Positions 9,515 to 20,047 are shown, counted from the stretch's first letter. The stretch is 53,928 nt of DNA from a virus (IMGVR_UViG_3300045996_002424:1-53928); one strand, 5' to 3'. Numbers and translations are program-made. Notes: generated by a model from the sequence alone, not told the origin.

Positions 9515-9840
9515 GCGGCGACCTCGGGCTGGGTGTCGGGTTGGTCGTCGGCGGGGGTGAGGGAGCGGACGACGGTGAGGAGGTCTTCGAGGCTGGCGAG
9601 TAGCCAGGGGTGTACGGCGCGCAAGTCGCGGCCGAGGACGGCGTTGGCTTGTTGGCTGGCGCGGCCTCGGCGGCCGGCTTCGCGGAGTTTCTCGACCTGG
9701 AGTTCGCGGACCTTGTCTTCGAGGTCGTCGTCGGTGAGGTCGGGCCAGCGGTGGCGGGCGATGTTGCGGAGGCGTTCGCGTTCGGCGGCGCGGGCGTTGC
9801 GGAGGATGGCTGCGGTGGTTTCGGCTGCGGTGGGTGCCAT
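9511..9840 (-). CDS. Hypothetical protein
   Basis: MAPTAAETT...; good RBS (GAGGGAGG). Confidence 0.55.
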   Translation of the reverse strand: MAPTAAETTAAILRNARAAERERLRNIARHRWPDLTDDDLEDKVRELQVEKLREAGRRGRASQQANAVLGRDLRAVHPWLLASLEDLLTVVRSLTPADDQPDTQPEVAA

Positions 9841-10129
9841 GGCGGTGGCCGGCCCTCCCTCACGATTCGCGGGGAACCCGCCTGCGTGTGGGAGAGGGCC
9901 TGTGGCGCGGACCGGGTGTGCCGTCCTTCGTCCGCCGGTTGGCACGTGCCCGTTGGTTGAGGCCTGGTGCGTCGACGGTTATGGTGAAGTACGGCGTGGG
10001 CGAGTGGAGTCGCCCTGTCGCCGGTTCGGCCCTCTGGGAGCGCAGAGGGTTCGGGTCAAGTTGTGGTTCGAAACCGCCCAGGTCCCCTGTGAACTGGATA
10101 TTCATGGGGGCCTGGGCTTTTAACACGCG

Positions 10130-10560
10130 TTCAATTAGCACATATGTTCGGGTGCCCGCGGGATAGAGCCGTGGACAGTAAGGCCAAGCTTAAGCAGGTA
10201 GCGTCACGTTCCGCAAGGATGGTAGGGCGTGAGCCGCATCGGCCGAACGGTTGAGTGACTGTCGTGGCATCGGGTCGTTGTGCTGCGGTTATGCCCCGTG
10301 ATAAAACCCCCCATGGGGTATTGAGCCCAGCACTGTGGTAATGGTCTGACCTTATACTCTGGGTGACGATCCGATGTGGATCTTGCCACATTGGGAGCGA
10401 GCCCAGGGTGACGCGGAGCACTGCACGACCTGCATGTTTCCGCAAAAGACCCGACCATGCGTCGACCGACACGCTCCGGTGATGTTCCCGTGCTGGGGTC
10501 CACTCGCACCCCTTTCCCTGTCGTGCTAGCGTCGACGTTGTCGACACGCATGTGCCAAGG
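10130..10560. promoter_or_regulatory. Divergent control region between leftward and rightward early operons
   Basis: Lower-GC non-coding gap; TATACT at about 10353; palindromes such as GTCGACGTTGTCGAC. Confidence 0.5.
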
Positions 10561-10568
10561 AGGGCAAG

Positions 10569-11057
10569 TTGATCGTCACCGGTTCCCCCCACGACGAAGG
10601 CGCCGAACCGGCCGCCAAGGCCCGGCTGCAAGACACCCTGCGCGAACTCGAAGACCTCGACCGCGAGGTGGACCAGCTGACCGAGCGGCTCAAGCTGCTA
10701 CGCCGCCGCCAGTCCCAGCTACGCGGACAGCGCGAACGTCTGATCCGCGAAGTCTCCGGCCGGCCCCCGACCCTGCCGAAACCACCGCACGTGAGCGCCG
10801 AGAAGTACTTCGACGCCGTCATCGGCTGGGTCACCGACGTCGCCAAGGAAGGCGACGCCGACCGGGCCGCCCTGCTCCTCATGGCCCGGCTGCGCGAGCA
10901 CCCCGGAACCAACGGTCTGCTGAACTCGGACCTCCAGGGCGAGCTCCTGCTCACCGTCATGCGCGAAGGCCCCGACGGTGTCATCCAGTTCGTCACCAAC
11001 CTGCCCCGACCTGCCCAAGGGAAGGAGACCGATGACCGCGCGCGAGATCAGGGCTGA
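10569..11057 (+). CDS. Coiled-coil hypothetical protein
   Basis: LRELEDLDREVDQLTERLKLL heptad pattern. Confidence 0.6.
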   Translation: MIVTGSPHDEGAEPAAKARLQDTLRELEDLDREVDQLTERLKLLRRRQSQLRGQRERLIREVSGRPPTLPKPPHVSAEKYFDAVIGWVTDVAKEGDADRAALLLMARLREHPGTNGLLNSDLQGELLLTVMREGPDGVIQFVTNLPRPAQGKETDDRARDQG

Positions 11058-11454
11058 CTGCCCTCGCTGCCAGGCGTCCGGGACGATCAGCGTCCGCCGG
11101 GTGCTGACGGCCAAGCCGCTTGGCACGTTCTCGCTGGCGGGCGCGCAGATCAAGGTGTCCGCCGTCGAGTCCGCCGTCGCCGAGTGCTCGGCATGCGACC
11201 TGTCGGTGGTGGGCCATCTGGAAAACGCGACCTTGAGCCCGGACGGGCGGGCGTTCACCGGCGGGCACTTCGTGTCCACGGCTAGCGCGCCGAAGCTGAC
11301 GGGCTCAGCGTGCAGCTGGTACGAGGGCGATCCGATCGAGGACGTGCCCGACGATTACAACGGGCCGTGCATCCACTGCCACCAGCCCCGTGATGCCCAC
11401 GGCCCGGACGACACGGTTACCGCGCCGTATTCAGGCGGGGTGAATCGTGGCTGA
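11032..11454 (+). CDS. Cys-rich hypothetical protein
   Basis: CPRC, CSAC, CIHC pairs; RBS AAGGAG. Confidence 0.55.
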   Translation: MTAREIRADCPRCQASGTISVRRVLTAKPLGTFSLAGAQIKVSAVESAVAECSACDLSVVGHLENATLSPDGRAFTGGHFVSTASAPKLTGSACSWYEGDPIEDVPDDYNGPCIHCHQPRDAHGPDDTVTAPYSGGVNRG

Positions 11455-11686
11455 CATTCCCCAGGTGGAAGCAGACGCCCAGCAGTGGCATGACGCCCAG
11501 GTGGAAGCAGACCCGGAGCACGAACAGTTTTCGTCGTGCTGGTGCTGCTGCTGGTCTTGCGACCCCGATGCGACCGGCGACAAGGGCAATCCGTTCTATA
11601 CCGCCGCGCAGGCTGGGATGCGTGCTGAGCGCGCTGCGAGCGATACCGGTTCGAATTCAACATCTGAAGAAAAGAGGGATTTGTGA
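11447..11686 (+). CDS. Hypothetical protein
   Basis: CWCCCWSC motif; overlapping neighbours. Confidence 0.5.
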   Translation: MADIPQVEADAQQWHDAQVEADPEHEQFSSCWCCCWSCDPDATGDKGNPFYTAAQAGMRAERAASDTGSNSTSEEKRDL

Positions 11687-11922
11687 GTAACGATCTGCAC
11701 CTGGCGGCCATCTTCTTCTGGTCCGCCGCCGTGCTGTTCCTGATCAGCGCCGTGTACTCCGCGGTCTTCCCGCAGGACGTGCGGGTGTGGCGGGCGACCC
11801 TCGCCGCCGGGTTGGTGACGGTGGCGGGAACGTTGGGAATGGTGTTCTGGACCGTGGGCTCTGCGGTCAGTGAGTTGCAGAAGAACCTGTCGGAGATCGG
11901 CTCCTCGTTCCCCGGGTCGTGA
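11683..11922 (+). CDS. Two-TM membrane protein
   Basis: Two hydrophobic stretches. Confidence 0.6.
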   Translation: MSNDLHLAAIFFWSAAVLFLISAVYSAVFPQDVRVWRATLAAGLVTVAGTLGMVFWTVGSAVSELQKNLSEIGSSFPGS

Positions 11923-12194
11923 GCGGGGGTCGTGAGCTGTGGGGCGCCACGGAGGCTCAGGCCCACCTTGGCGTCTCCCGGCAGCGCATCGGTCAGCTGG
12001 CGCGGGCGTACCCGCGGCTACTGCCGGTGGTGTTCAGGAACCCGGTCACCGGTAAACGGTGGTGGTTGGCTGACGACTGGCGGGCGTTCGCGAGGATTCC
12101 CCGGCCAGCTGGCCGGCGGGTCGGCACCGGTGGCCGCACCGGCCTGGCCGAACATCCACCTGAGACGATCCGGGCCACCGACAGATTTCGTTGA
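11919..12194 (+). CDS. HTH DNA-binding protein (AlpA/MerR-like)
   Basis: LWGATEAQAHLGVSRQRIGQL...RWWLADD. Confidence 0.7.
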   Translation: MSGGRELWGATEAQAHLGVSRQRIGQLARAYPRLLPVVFRNPVTGKRWWLADDWRAFARIPRPAGRRVGTGGRTGLAEHPPETIRATDRFR

Positions 12195-12625
12195 AGGGTC
12201 CATCTCTAATGGACGGTGTGACCGACGACAAGGAACAACCGACGTACACCAGGGCCGAGGTGGATGCCGCAGTTGCCGAGGCGCTGCGACGCGTGAGGCG
12301 GGAGCTGGAGCACTGGGAGTGGTACGGCGCGGTGCCTCATGTGGAACACGTCGCCGACGCTCTCGGGGTGCAGATCCCCGATGAGTGACCGAACCCAAGG
12401 AGGGGTTGTTGTGAATGTGCTGATGTTGCCGGTGCGGCGCCCGCTGACCGTCGACGACGCGATCGAGGTCCTCGACGAGTTGGCCGGGCAGCAGCTGCCG
12501 GTGGTGCTGGCCGCGGATCAGGCGGTGGTGCACCTGTTCCCGCAGCGGGACATGACCACCCGGGAAGAGGTGCGGGTGCTGCGGTGCTGCTCCGCGCACA
12601 CCGACGCGAGGTTGGTGTGGCACCC

Positions 12626-12934
12626 ATGCCGCTGAAGCACGACGACCACCGGCTGTCGACGAGGGTGTCGCGGCGGCCGAAGAGGAACGACAGCCCGCCG
12701 GCCCACGAGTTGCGGTCGCTGATGGTGCACCGCTTGCGGGACACGTTCAAGGTGGTGTTCCGGCGCAGTCTGCGTGGTGGTCAGGTGAGCGCGTTCTGCG
12801 AGTACTGCGATGGGTGGTCCGCGCACCTCGATGAAACTGGGATCACCACGGTGTTCACGTGTGCCGGGTGTTCGCGCACGTTCCAGCTGGAGTTCGCGGT
12901 GTTCTCCGAGGTGGAGGAAGTGGTGGAGCCGTGA
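12626..12934 (+). CDS. Zn-ribbon hypothetical protein
   Basis: CEYC...CAGC. Confidence 0.5.
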   Translation: MPLKHDDHRLSTRVSRRPKRNDSPPAHELRSLMVHRLRDTFKVVFRRSLRGGQVSAFCEYCDGWSAHLDETGITTVFTCAGCSRTFQLEFAVFSEVEEVVEP

Positions 12935-13584
12935 ACACGGCCACGGTTGTGGCGGTGGTCGTCATCATCGGTTCGATATTCGCGGCACTGATCGCAGATG
13001 GGGATGGCCGTGGTCTGACATCACAGCCCGGGTCTATGCGATCGTGGGGTGGATTGTCCGGAACCGAGGGGGCGGGAGTTTATCGCGTGGCCAGTTCATC
13101 GCCGAATGTGCGACTGAAGACCGGTACGAACGACCTGTTTCACACGGTCCAGGCGCGGGTCGCCGGCGAGTTGAGTTTGGGTTTGCGGGGTGTGACCGCC
13201 GACATCCTGGTGGCGTCGATGCTGCGCATGTGTACGACGCCGACGAACTTCCCCGCATTGGTTCAGGCAGTGGTTGCCGAACGGGAACACCGAGCGAAAG
13301 GACCCGACGACGCCGATGGCGAAGTGGACTGAGGTCGACAACGAGACCGGACAGACGAGGGAGGTGGAGCTGCCGGACGAGCTGGCCGAGCTCGTCGACC
13401 GGGCGTTGAACCCGCCTGCGGGATACGACCCGTACGACAAGATGACGCGCCGCACTCTGCCGGTGGACGACCAGGATTGAGTGCTAGTCGTCACGTCCAC
13501 CGCAGCAGCCGAGCAACCCGAAGCCGCGGCCGAGTACGCAGACACCGAAGCCGAACACGCCGCGCCGACCGTGAATGAGTCTGA

Positions 13585-13842
13585 GTGAACACCAAAGCCG
13601 CCTGCGTCTACGCGCTGCTGGTTGTCGCCACGATGGTGATGCCGCTGAAGGACGCCATGTGGCGGATGCGGGCGGCGGCGCTGGCCGGCGTGGTGGCGCT
13701 GGTACTGCTCGTCGCGAACCTGGTGACAGTCAGGCTGTGGGCGGCGCTGGCGTGGCTAATCGCAGTTTTGCTGGCGGCCCGCCTCGGTGAGGTCGCCCTG
13801 AATCAGTGGATGAAACAACTCAATGAACCAAAGAAACGCTGA
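13585..13842 (+). CDS. Membrane protein
   Basis: Three hydrophobic helices. Confidence 0.6.
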   Translation: MNTKAACVYALLVVATMVMPLKDAMWRMRAAALAGVVALVLLVANLVTVRLWAALAWLIAVLLAARLGEVALNQWMKQLNEPKKR

Positions 13843-13878
13843 GGCGCGGGGGATCTGCTAAACGGAAGGAACCGAACT

Positions 13879-14202
13879 GTGGAATACGCCAAGCCCATCA
13901 TCGCTGGAATAGCCGTGGGACTTTTCGTCCTCGGTGTGATCGTGGGGTTTCTGATCCGCGGTGTCGTCGGCCTCGCTTTCGGTGAGGATCGGATCGTGCC
14001 GACGGACCCGATGCCCCGCAAACCGGAGCGTGACCCGGCCGCTGTCGGGCCGCTGATCGGGGTGGCGTCAGTGCCCGACGACACACCCCCCGCCCGACCG
14101 GGCAGACATAGCCTGGAAGACCGACCGACCACAGACCTCAAGCACATGATGCGGCCGTACATCGGTGAGCCGCCTGTGGTACGGCCCCCGACCCCCCACT
14201 GA
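13879..14202 (+). CDS. Membrane-anchored Pro-rich protein
   Basis: N-terminal TM; RBS GGAAGGA. Confidence 0.55.
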   Translation: MEYAKPIIAGIAVGLFVLGVIVGFLIRGVVGLAFGEDRIVPTDPMPRKPERDPAAVGPLIGVASVPDDTPPARPGRHSLEDRPTTDLKHMMRPYIGEPPVVRPPTPH

Positions 14203-14222
14203 AAGTCCAGGACACAGGAAAG

Positions 14223-14654
14223 GTGGGGCCCGCGGTGCGGGTGATGGAGAGGCAGCACCGCACCGTGGACCCCACGAACACAGAGATGAAGGGACCATCT
14301 CCCGTGCGAAACGATACACAGACCGAGCCAATGACGAGCCGCGGGTTCAAGGACTTTTTCTCCCGCACCCGCGACAACGACGTCAAGATCGTGATCAACG
14401 ACGTTCAGGTTCCGGTGGCGGCGCTGACCTACGACCCGAGCTCAGACAACTACCTGATCCTGCCGGTCGAGGACGAGTACTACCGGATCGCGTTGGAGCC
14501 GGATCTCGACGTGTACGTTCGCCGGGACTGGAAGGTCGCCCACGACAACGGTCGCACCTGCACGCGCTGCGACAGGGCGATCCGTATGGGGGAGGCGTAC
14601 CTGCCTCACGACGACAGCCACGTCCACGTGCACTGCCCAAAGAGCGTGTCGTGA
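14223..14654 (+). CDS. Hypothetical protein with C-terminal Zn finger
   Basis: CTRC...HVHC. Confidence 0.5.
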   Translation: MGPAVRVMERQHRTVDPTNTEMKGPSPVRNDTQTEPMTSRGFKDFFSRTRDNDVKIVINDVQVPVAALTYDPSSDNYLILPVEDEYYRIALEPDLDVYVRRDWKVAHDNGRTCTRCDRAIRMGEAYLPHDDSHVHVHCPKSVS

Positions 14655-14859
14655 CCCGGCCGGCGCTGACGCTGAAGCGTGACGGGTTGGTGTTCGAGCT
14701 GGTGCCCGGCGCCGACCGGCGCCGCTGGGTGTGTCGTGACTGCTCGAACCTGCCCGGGGCGTGCAGCCGCACCGGCTGCGCCGGGCGCCGGCCGCGCGGG
14801 TGGCGCCGCCAGACCGGTGGCATCACCGAGAACACCGCGAACGAAAAGGGGGCCGCTTG

Positions 14860-15027
14860 ATGCTGGTGCTGTCGCGCCGCATAGACGAAGCCGTGCGTAT
14901 CGGCGACGACGTTGAAGTGATCGTGGTCGGTATCAAGAAGGGTGAGGTGCAGCTGGGTATCAGCGCACCCCGCAGCGTGGACGTGGTCCGCGTGGAGCTC
15001 GATGTTCAGGAGGCAAGGGGCTCATGA
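14860..15027 (+). CDS. csrA: Carbon storage regulator CsrA/RsmA-family RNA-binding protein
   Basis: MLVLSRRIDEAVRIGDDVEVIVVGIKKGEVQLGISAPRSVDVVRVEL matches the CsrA signature end to end. Confidence 0.9.
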   Translation: MLVLSRRIDEAVRIGDDVEVIVVGIKKGEVQLGISAPRSVDVVRVELDVQEARGS

Positions 15028-15491
15028 CATTGGAGAACGACGACCTGGTGCAGGCCTGCCTGGACTTGGCCGGGCGGGCTGGGGCCACCGGTGTGGAGAT
15101 CGGGTTCGTCCGCGAGGATGTGCCGTCCGAGCAGGCCGGCTGGTTCGCCTTCGCCAAGTACAGGGGTGCACGGATCTCCGTCGAGGAGCAGACGTCTCCG
15201 GCGACCGCGGCGCTGAGCCTCGCGCACCGCATCCTGCGCGGTGCGCGGTGCCGGTGCGGGGACATGGTGTCGCTGTCGGACCGGCAGCCGGGCTGCCGGT
15301 GGCGGCTGGAAGGGGCCCGGTGGCAGCCCGGCTGCAACGCACCGACGATGAAGGTCCCTGAGGGGTTGCGGGGTGACTACACCGGCATGGCCCGGGTGTA
15401 CGCCGAGCAGGCGCCGGCGAACCGGCGGGAGCGCCGCCGCCGCCGCGGGTCGGGTCCAACGCGGGGGTGGGGTCAGTGGCTGGGCAACTGA
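15024..15491 (+). CDS. Hypothetical protein
   Basis: ATGA-coupled to csrA; CRC...C...C. Confidence 0.55.
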   Translation: MTLENDDLVQACLDLAGRAGATGVEIGFVREDVPSEQAGWFAFAKYRGARISVEEQTSPATAALSLAHRILRGARCRCGDMVSLSDRQPGCRWRLEGARWQPGCNAPTMKVPEGLRGDYTGMARVYAEQAPANRRERRRRRGSGPTRGWGQWLGN

Positions 15492-15693
15492 ACGAGATGT
15501 TCATGGTGACCCTGCGGTACCCGGACGGGGTGATGGAGGAATCGATGGTGACGTTCCACCCCCTGCTGGTGGACGCGGTGGCTGAACGGGATGCCACCGC
15601 CGACGACGACGAGGAGCAGATGGTGCGGGTGTTCCGGGTCGTGCAGGTGTCGGACGAGGAACTACAGCAGGCGCGTGAGCAGAAGGGGCAGGC

Positions 15694-16482
15694 ATGAGTT
15701 TGCGGTTGGACGTGCTGAACAACAAGGGTGGGGTCGGCAAGTCGACGATCACCCTTGTCCTGGCCGAGGCGGCAGCCCGGATGGGCAAGCAGGCCTTGGT
15801 GGTCGACATGGACCCGCAGGCGAACGCGACGCGGCGTCTGGGAGTGCGGTCGACGAAGACGCTGACGACGTGCCTGCAGATGGGAGTGCAGCAGGGCGAG
15901 GCGTCCAACTACATCCACGGCCACCGGTGGGCTGGGTTCGAGCACCTCGCGATCGACGTGCTGCCCGCCAACCTGGACCTGGAGGATCGGGCGTTGGAGG
16001 CGGGGCAGCCGGGTGCCCACTACCGGCTGCGGCGGGCGCTGTTCGGCGTCGACGACCGCTACGACCTGACGATCATCGACTGCCCGCCCACCCTGAAGGG
16101 GCACCTGACGACGCTGTCGCTCGCGGCGCTGGACGGCCCCGGTGATGTGGTGCTGGTGCCGCTGGAGCCCGAGTACGACGCTGTGGCGTCGGCCCGCCGC
16201 ACCGTCGACTACGTCCAGCAGTGGCGTGACGACCTGGGTGTGCCGAACGCGCGGGTGGCGGGGGTGATCGTGAACCGTGTCCGTGGCACGAACCTGCATG
16301 GGATCCGGGAGGCGCAGTTCGTGGACACGCTGCCGGATGCGTTGCTGCGGGTGCCGTTGCGGGCGCGGATCGCGGAGCTGCAGGACGCTGGCCGGCCGCT
16401 GTCGAGCGACCCGAGCATGAAGGACATCCTCGAACAGTTCGAGGGCCTGGTGAAGATGTTGCTGAAGGAGGAGAAGGCGTGA
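15694..16482 (+). CDS. parA: ParA-family partition ATPase
   Basis: Deviant Walker A NNKGGVGKST, VDMDPQAN, IIDCPP. Confidence 0.92.
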   Translation: MSLRLDVLNNKGGVGKSTITLVLAEAAARMGKQALVVDMDPQANATRRLGVRSTKTLTTCLQMGVQQGEASNYIHGHRWAGFEHLAIDVLPANLDLEDRALEAGQPGAHYRLRRALFGVDDRYDLTIIDCPPTLKGHLTTLSLAALDGPGDVVLVPLEPEYDAVASARRTVDYVQQWRDDLGVPNARVAGVIVNRVRGTNLHGIREAQFVDTLPDALLRVPLRARIAELQDAGRPLSSDPSMKDILEQFEGLVKMLLKEEKA

Positions 16483-16928
16483 GCGCGCGACGTGAGCCGC
16501 CACCGGTGGTGGATGACAACCCGGCGACCCCGCCGCCGCGGCGCGGGCGGGGGTCGTTGGAGCAGGCTGCGGTGTTCGAGCAGGAACAGCCGGCTGGTGC
16601 GGGGGATGACCAGGACCCTGGTGTGCTAGCAAGCTTGCTAGCAAGCAATGGGGATGGTGAGCAGGCTGGTCCGGACACGGCGCAGGTGATGGCCGGGCTG
16701 GTCGGGCTGCGCCGCCGGCCGGTGGACCCGATGAACGACTACGTTGCCGATGGCACCCGGGAGTTGCGGTGGGTGCAGGCGGCGATCGCACACCAGGCGG
16801 CGTTGACCGGGCAGACGCAGCAGGAGATCAAGCGCGACGCGCTGCTCGGGGTCCGGCCGATCTCGGCGGAGCTGCTCGACGCCCACTACAAGGATACGTA
16901 TGGGCAGGATCGGCCACGTCATGGCTGA
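16479..16928 (+). CDS. Probable small ParB/centromere-binding partner (type Ib-like)
   Basis: Directly after parA; disordered N-terminus, helical C-terminus; contains the parS-like palindrome. Confidence 0.5.
   Translation: MSARREPPPVVDDNPATPPPRRGRGSLEQAAVFEQEQPAGAGDDQDPGVLASLLASNGDGEQAGPDTAQVMAGLVGLRRRPVDPMNDYVADGTRELRWVQAAIAHQAALTGQTQQEIKRDALLGVRPISAELLDAHYKDTYGQDRPRHG
16624..16643. repeat. Palindrome TGCTAGCAAGCTTGCTAGCA (parS-like)
   Basis: Perfect 20-bp palindrome; an extended copy occurs at 50294-50329. Confidence 0.6.
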
Positions 16929-17139
16929 GGAGGTGCGATTGGAGGACTGGCAGATCTTGATCTTGCAGCGGGTGGCCGACGGTCGCACCTACGCGGAGAT
17001 CGGTAGGGAGTTGCGCCTGGCCGAGGACACGATCAAGAAGTACATGACCAGCATCCGGGCGGTGCTGGGTGCGCGGAACAAAGCACACGCTGTGCACATC
17101 GCGAACGGCAAGGGACTGGTGACACCGTGGTCGAGTTGA
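16921..17139 (+). CDS. LuxR-family HTH regulator (stand-alone)
   Basis: ILQRVADGRTYAEIGRELRLAEDTIKKYM...LGARNKAHAV. Confidence 0.85.
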   Translation: MAEEVRLEDWQILILQRVADGRTYAEIGRELRLAEDTIKKYMTSIRAVLGARNKAHAVHIANGKGLVTPWSS

Positions 17140-17411
17140 TCCTCGGTGCATCGAAGGCGCCGTCATGGATGGGGTGGGTGCTGCTCGGATTCGGGTTGGC
17201 CTGCACCGGAGTTGCGGGTTGGATGCTCGGGCGTCGGTGGTGAGCAGCAACGGCCGTAGTGTTCGGCGGCAGGCGCAGCAGCACGCAGACAATGCGGCGT
17301 TGCTGCGCCTGCCGGTGGTCGAGTACCTGGCGTTGCCGCGCCGGGAACGTAAACGCCGCCTTCAGGCGGCCAGACACCTGGCCGGTCGGCCGGGGGAGGA
17401 GAGGCGAACGG

Positions 17412-17684
17412 ATGCCTAGGGCATTGAGGACGGTGAAGGGGTGTCAGCTGCCGGCGGAGGTGCGGGCCGGGCTGACAACGCGTCGGCAGGTCCTCGGGCT
17501 GTCGCAGCGGGCTCTGGCCGAGATCATGGAGAGCAACCAGTCGACCCTGTCGCAGCTGGAGAACGGCCGCTCTGACCCGTTGGTGGGAACGTTGGTGCGT
17601 TGGGCTGAGGCGTTGGGGTTGCGACTGACGATCGGGCTGGAGGTCAACGCCGAGGAGAAGGAGGAGGGCGCCGGTGCCGGGTGA
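17412..17684 (+). CDS. XRE-family HTH protein
   Basis: RRQVLGLSQRALAEIMESNQSTLSQLENG. Confidence 0.8.
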   Translation: MPRALRTVKGCQLPAEVRAGLTTRRQVLGLSQRALAEIMESNQSTLSQLENGRSDPLVGTLVRWAEALGLRLTIGLEVNAEEKEEGAGAG

Positions 17685-18136
17685 TGTGATCGAGCGGGTC
17701 GCGACGGGGGTGCGGTACGTCAAGCGGCGGGGGGTGTACGACGTGCACGAGCTGCTCGACGCGGTGGGTGACTCGGTGATCGGCCGGACGTACCGGGCGC
17801 GGTGCGGGCGGGTGCTGCTCGGTCAGCTCGGTGCGGTGTTGACCACGAAGGAGGTGACGTGTTCGCAGTGTTTGAGGTGAGGGTTTTCGGGGGGTGGCCG
17901 GCGCCCTCCCGGAACACCCCCCGGAACCGGCCACCCCCCGATGTCTCCCTGCAGCGAAGGTTCGCCGCCCAGTGAACCCCCTCGACTGGGCGGGTACCGC
18001 GCGGGGAGAGGGAAAGTATGCATCATGCCGTGGAGGGGGGTGGCGTGTGGGGTGGTGGCGTTCACCACAATCAATAATCTACACTGCGCGGCACTGCACA
18101 TGAGTGCCAGACTCTAAGCTGGAAGGACGGTGCACC

Positions 18137-20047
18137 ATGCCCCCAGGTGTCGACGTCGTCACCAGACCCCTCCGGACCAAGGCACTGCAGGAGATCAGAC
18201 GCAGACTGAGAGGGGAGCAGAGACGTGAGGCAGAGACCTACGTCAACAGCCGCAGGGCTACATCGAAAGGTATCTACAACCTCGTCGACCGGCTGAAGGA
18301 CCTGCCCGATCTGACCGACCACAGCACCCACACCCGTTACGACCAGGAATTCAAAGACCAGGTCGTTGCCGAGTTCCGGGCTGGCGTGAGCATTTCGGAA
18401 CTGTCACGGCGATACGGTGTCAGCCGCAAGGCCATCAGCGAATGGTGCGGCCCATCCGGCCGGTACAACAACGAAGAAACCAGAGACCAGGCGAGGGAGG
18501 AATTCCTCGACGGCGCGACCGTCGGCGACCTTGCGAAGAAATACCACGTCGCCGTCCAGACCATGTACGCCTGGCTCAAACCAGCGAGAGAGGAACGTGA
18601 AATGGCATCACGGCAGGCAGAACAACTTCGAATGGTGAAGCGGTGCGAAAAAGTCGGGTGGAGAACCGAGTACTCCGGTGACGGCGTCAAGGTGTTCACC
18701 CCCGAAGGCCCTCGGGTGGTGCACCTTTCCCCGAGCGACGGGGCATGGTCGGCGAAGAACATGCTCAAGGAGCTGGAGAACTGCGGCCTCCTTGTGGCAG
18801 AAGAGGAACTGAAAAGGCAGAATGCGGCTGACCGTAAGGCCAAGCTGGCCCAGGAACGCCAAGCAGCGGACGCGAAGGCTGAGCAGATCGCCAAGCGCAA
18901 CGGCAACAACAGTGCCGCGCTGATCCGGGCGGCCGGCCCGTACCTGGTGGAACCCGAGGACCTGCCGCTCAGCTGGTTCGTCGAGGCGCATCCGGCGCCG
19001 CAGATGCGGTGGGTGTGGGTCAACGCCTCGCTGGCCGATTACCTGCTGGAGCACCACAACATTCCTGGCGGTGCCGGGCGGCCCGGCTCGAACCGGCCGC
19101 AGTCCGAAACGCGGATCATGTTCTACCGTGACGTCATCGTCTCCGGGCAGTGGTACCTGACCCACCAGGGCATGGCCATGGACCGGCGCCAACCCAAGCC
19201 GATGGTGCAGGACGGTCAGCACCGCCTGGCCGCGGTCGTCGCCGCCCAGGAACTGCTGGACAAGCTGCGGGAGATGGATCCTCTAGAGCGTGAAGCGCTG
19301 ATCGAGGACGGGTCCTCCTACCAGGGCATCCTGAACGACAAGGGTGAACTGCTCAACGAACTGCGGGTGCCTGCGGCGTTCTTCGTCGGCATGGACCCCC
19401 GTAACTTCGCGGCGATCGACGACGTGCTGCTGCGTAACGCCAACCAGCTGTTCACCCAGGCCGGCGAGAAGCACGGCGGGACGCTGCAGACGGCGGCCCG
19501 GCTGATCACCGCGTTCCGCAGCCGCGACCCCCGGGCCCGGATCCGTAAGCGCCTCACCAACATCGACTCCATGGAAGTGCTCAAGGAGGGCAAGGACCAC
19601 CTGCGCAAGGGGGCGCAGATCGCGAACACCCACGCCCGGAAGATTCCGCTCAGCAACGGTGTGCTCGCTGCGGCGTACTACCTGATCGGGACGGCCAACG
19701 GCTTCGACAACCGGTTCGTCGAGGCGTTCTGGCATGGTGTGATCAACGGTGTGCGGCAGGGCACCCGGTACATGCTCGACGACGACGACCCGCGTCAGGC
19801 GCTGCGCACCACCATGAGTGAGAAGAAGGAGAAGGGGAGGATGCCTCGGCCGATCGATCAGCTCGGCATCGTCATCACCGCCTGGAACAACCTGGTGACC
19901 GGTAAGCACGTGCGGCGGATGCGGTGGGCCGACGGCGCGGACCTGCCGGAGCTCCTGATCTGCGCCGACCGTGGGCCCAACGCGTCCGCGACGCCGCGGT
20001 CGCTGGTGGGCGAGATCGATAACCTCGCGGAGGCCGCTAGTGAATAA
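18137..20047 (+). CDS. Multidomain protein: two HTHs, HicA-like segment, coiled coil, ParB/DGQHR-like domain
   Basis: SISELSRRYGVSRKAISEW; TVGDLAKKYHVAVQTMYAW; GWRTE...SPSD...KN; THQGMAMD...QDGQHRLAA. Confidence 0.75.
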   Translation: MPPGVDVVTRPLRTKALQEIRRRLRGEQRREAETYVNSRRATSKGIYNLVDRLKDLPDLTDHSTHTRYDQEFKDQVVAEFRAGVSISELSRRYGVSRKAISEWCGPSGRYNNEETRDQAREEFLDGATVGDLAKKYHVAVQTMYAWLKPAREEREMASRQAEQLRMVKRCEKVGWRTEYSGDGVKVFTPEGPRVVHLSPSDGAWSAKNMLKELENCGLLVAEEELKRQNAADRKAKLAQERQAADAKAEQIAKRNGNNSAALIRAAGPYLVEPEDLPLSWFVEAHPAPQMRWVWVNASLADYLLEHHNIPGGAGRPGSNRPQSETRIMFYRDVIVSGQWYLTHQGMAMDRRQPKPMVQDGQHRLAAVVAAQELLDKLREMDPLEREALIEDGSSYQGILNDKGELLNELRVPAAFFVGMDPRNFAAIDDVLLRNANQLFTQAGEKHGGTLQTAARLITAFRSRDPRARIRKRLTNIDSMEVLKEGKDHLRKGAQIANTHARKIPLSNGVLAAAYYLIGTANGFDNRFVEAFWHGVINGVRQGTRYMLDDDDPRQALRTTMSEKKEKGRMPRPIDQLGIVITAWNNLVTGKHVRRMRWADGADLPELLICADRGPNASATPRSLVGEIDNLAEAASE

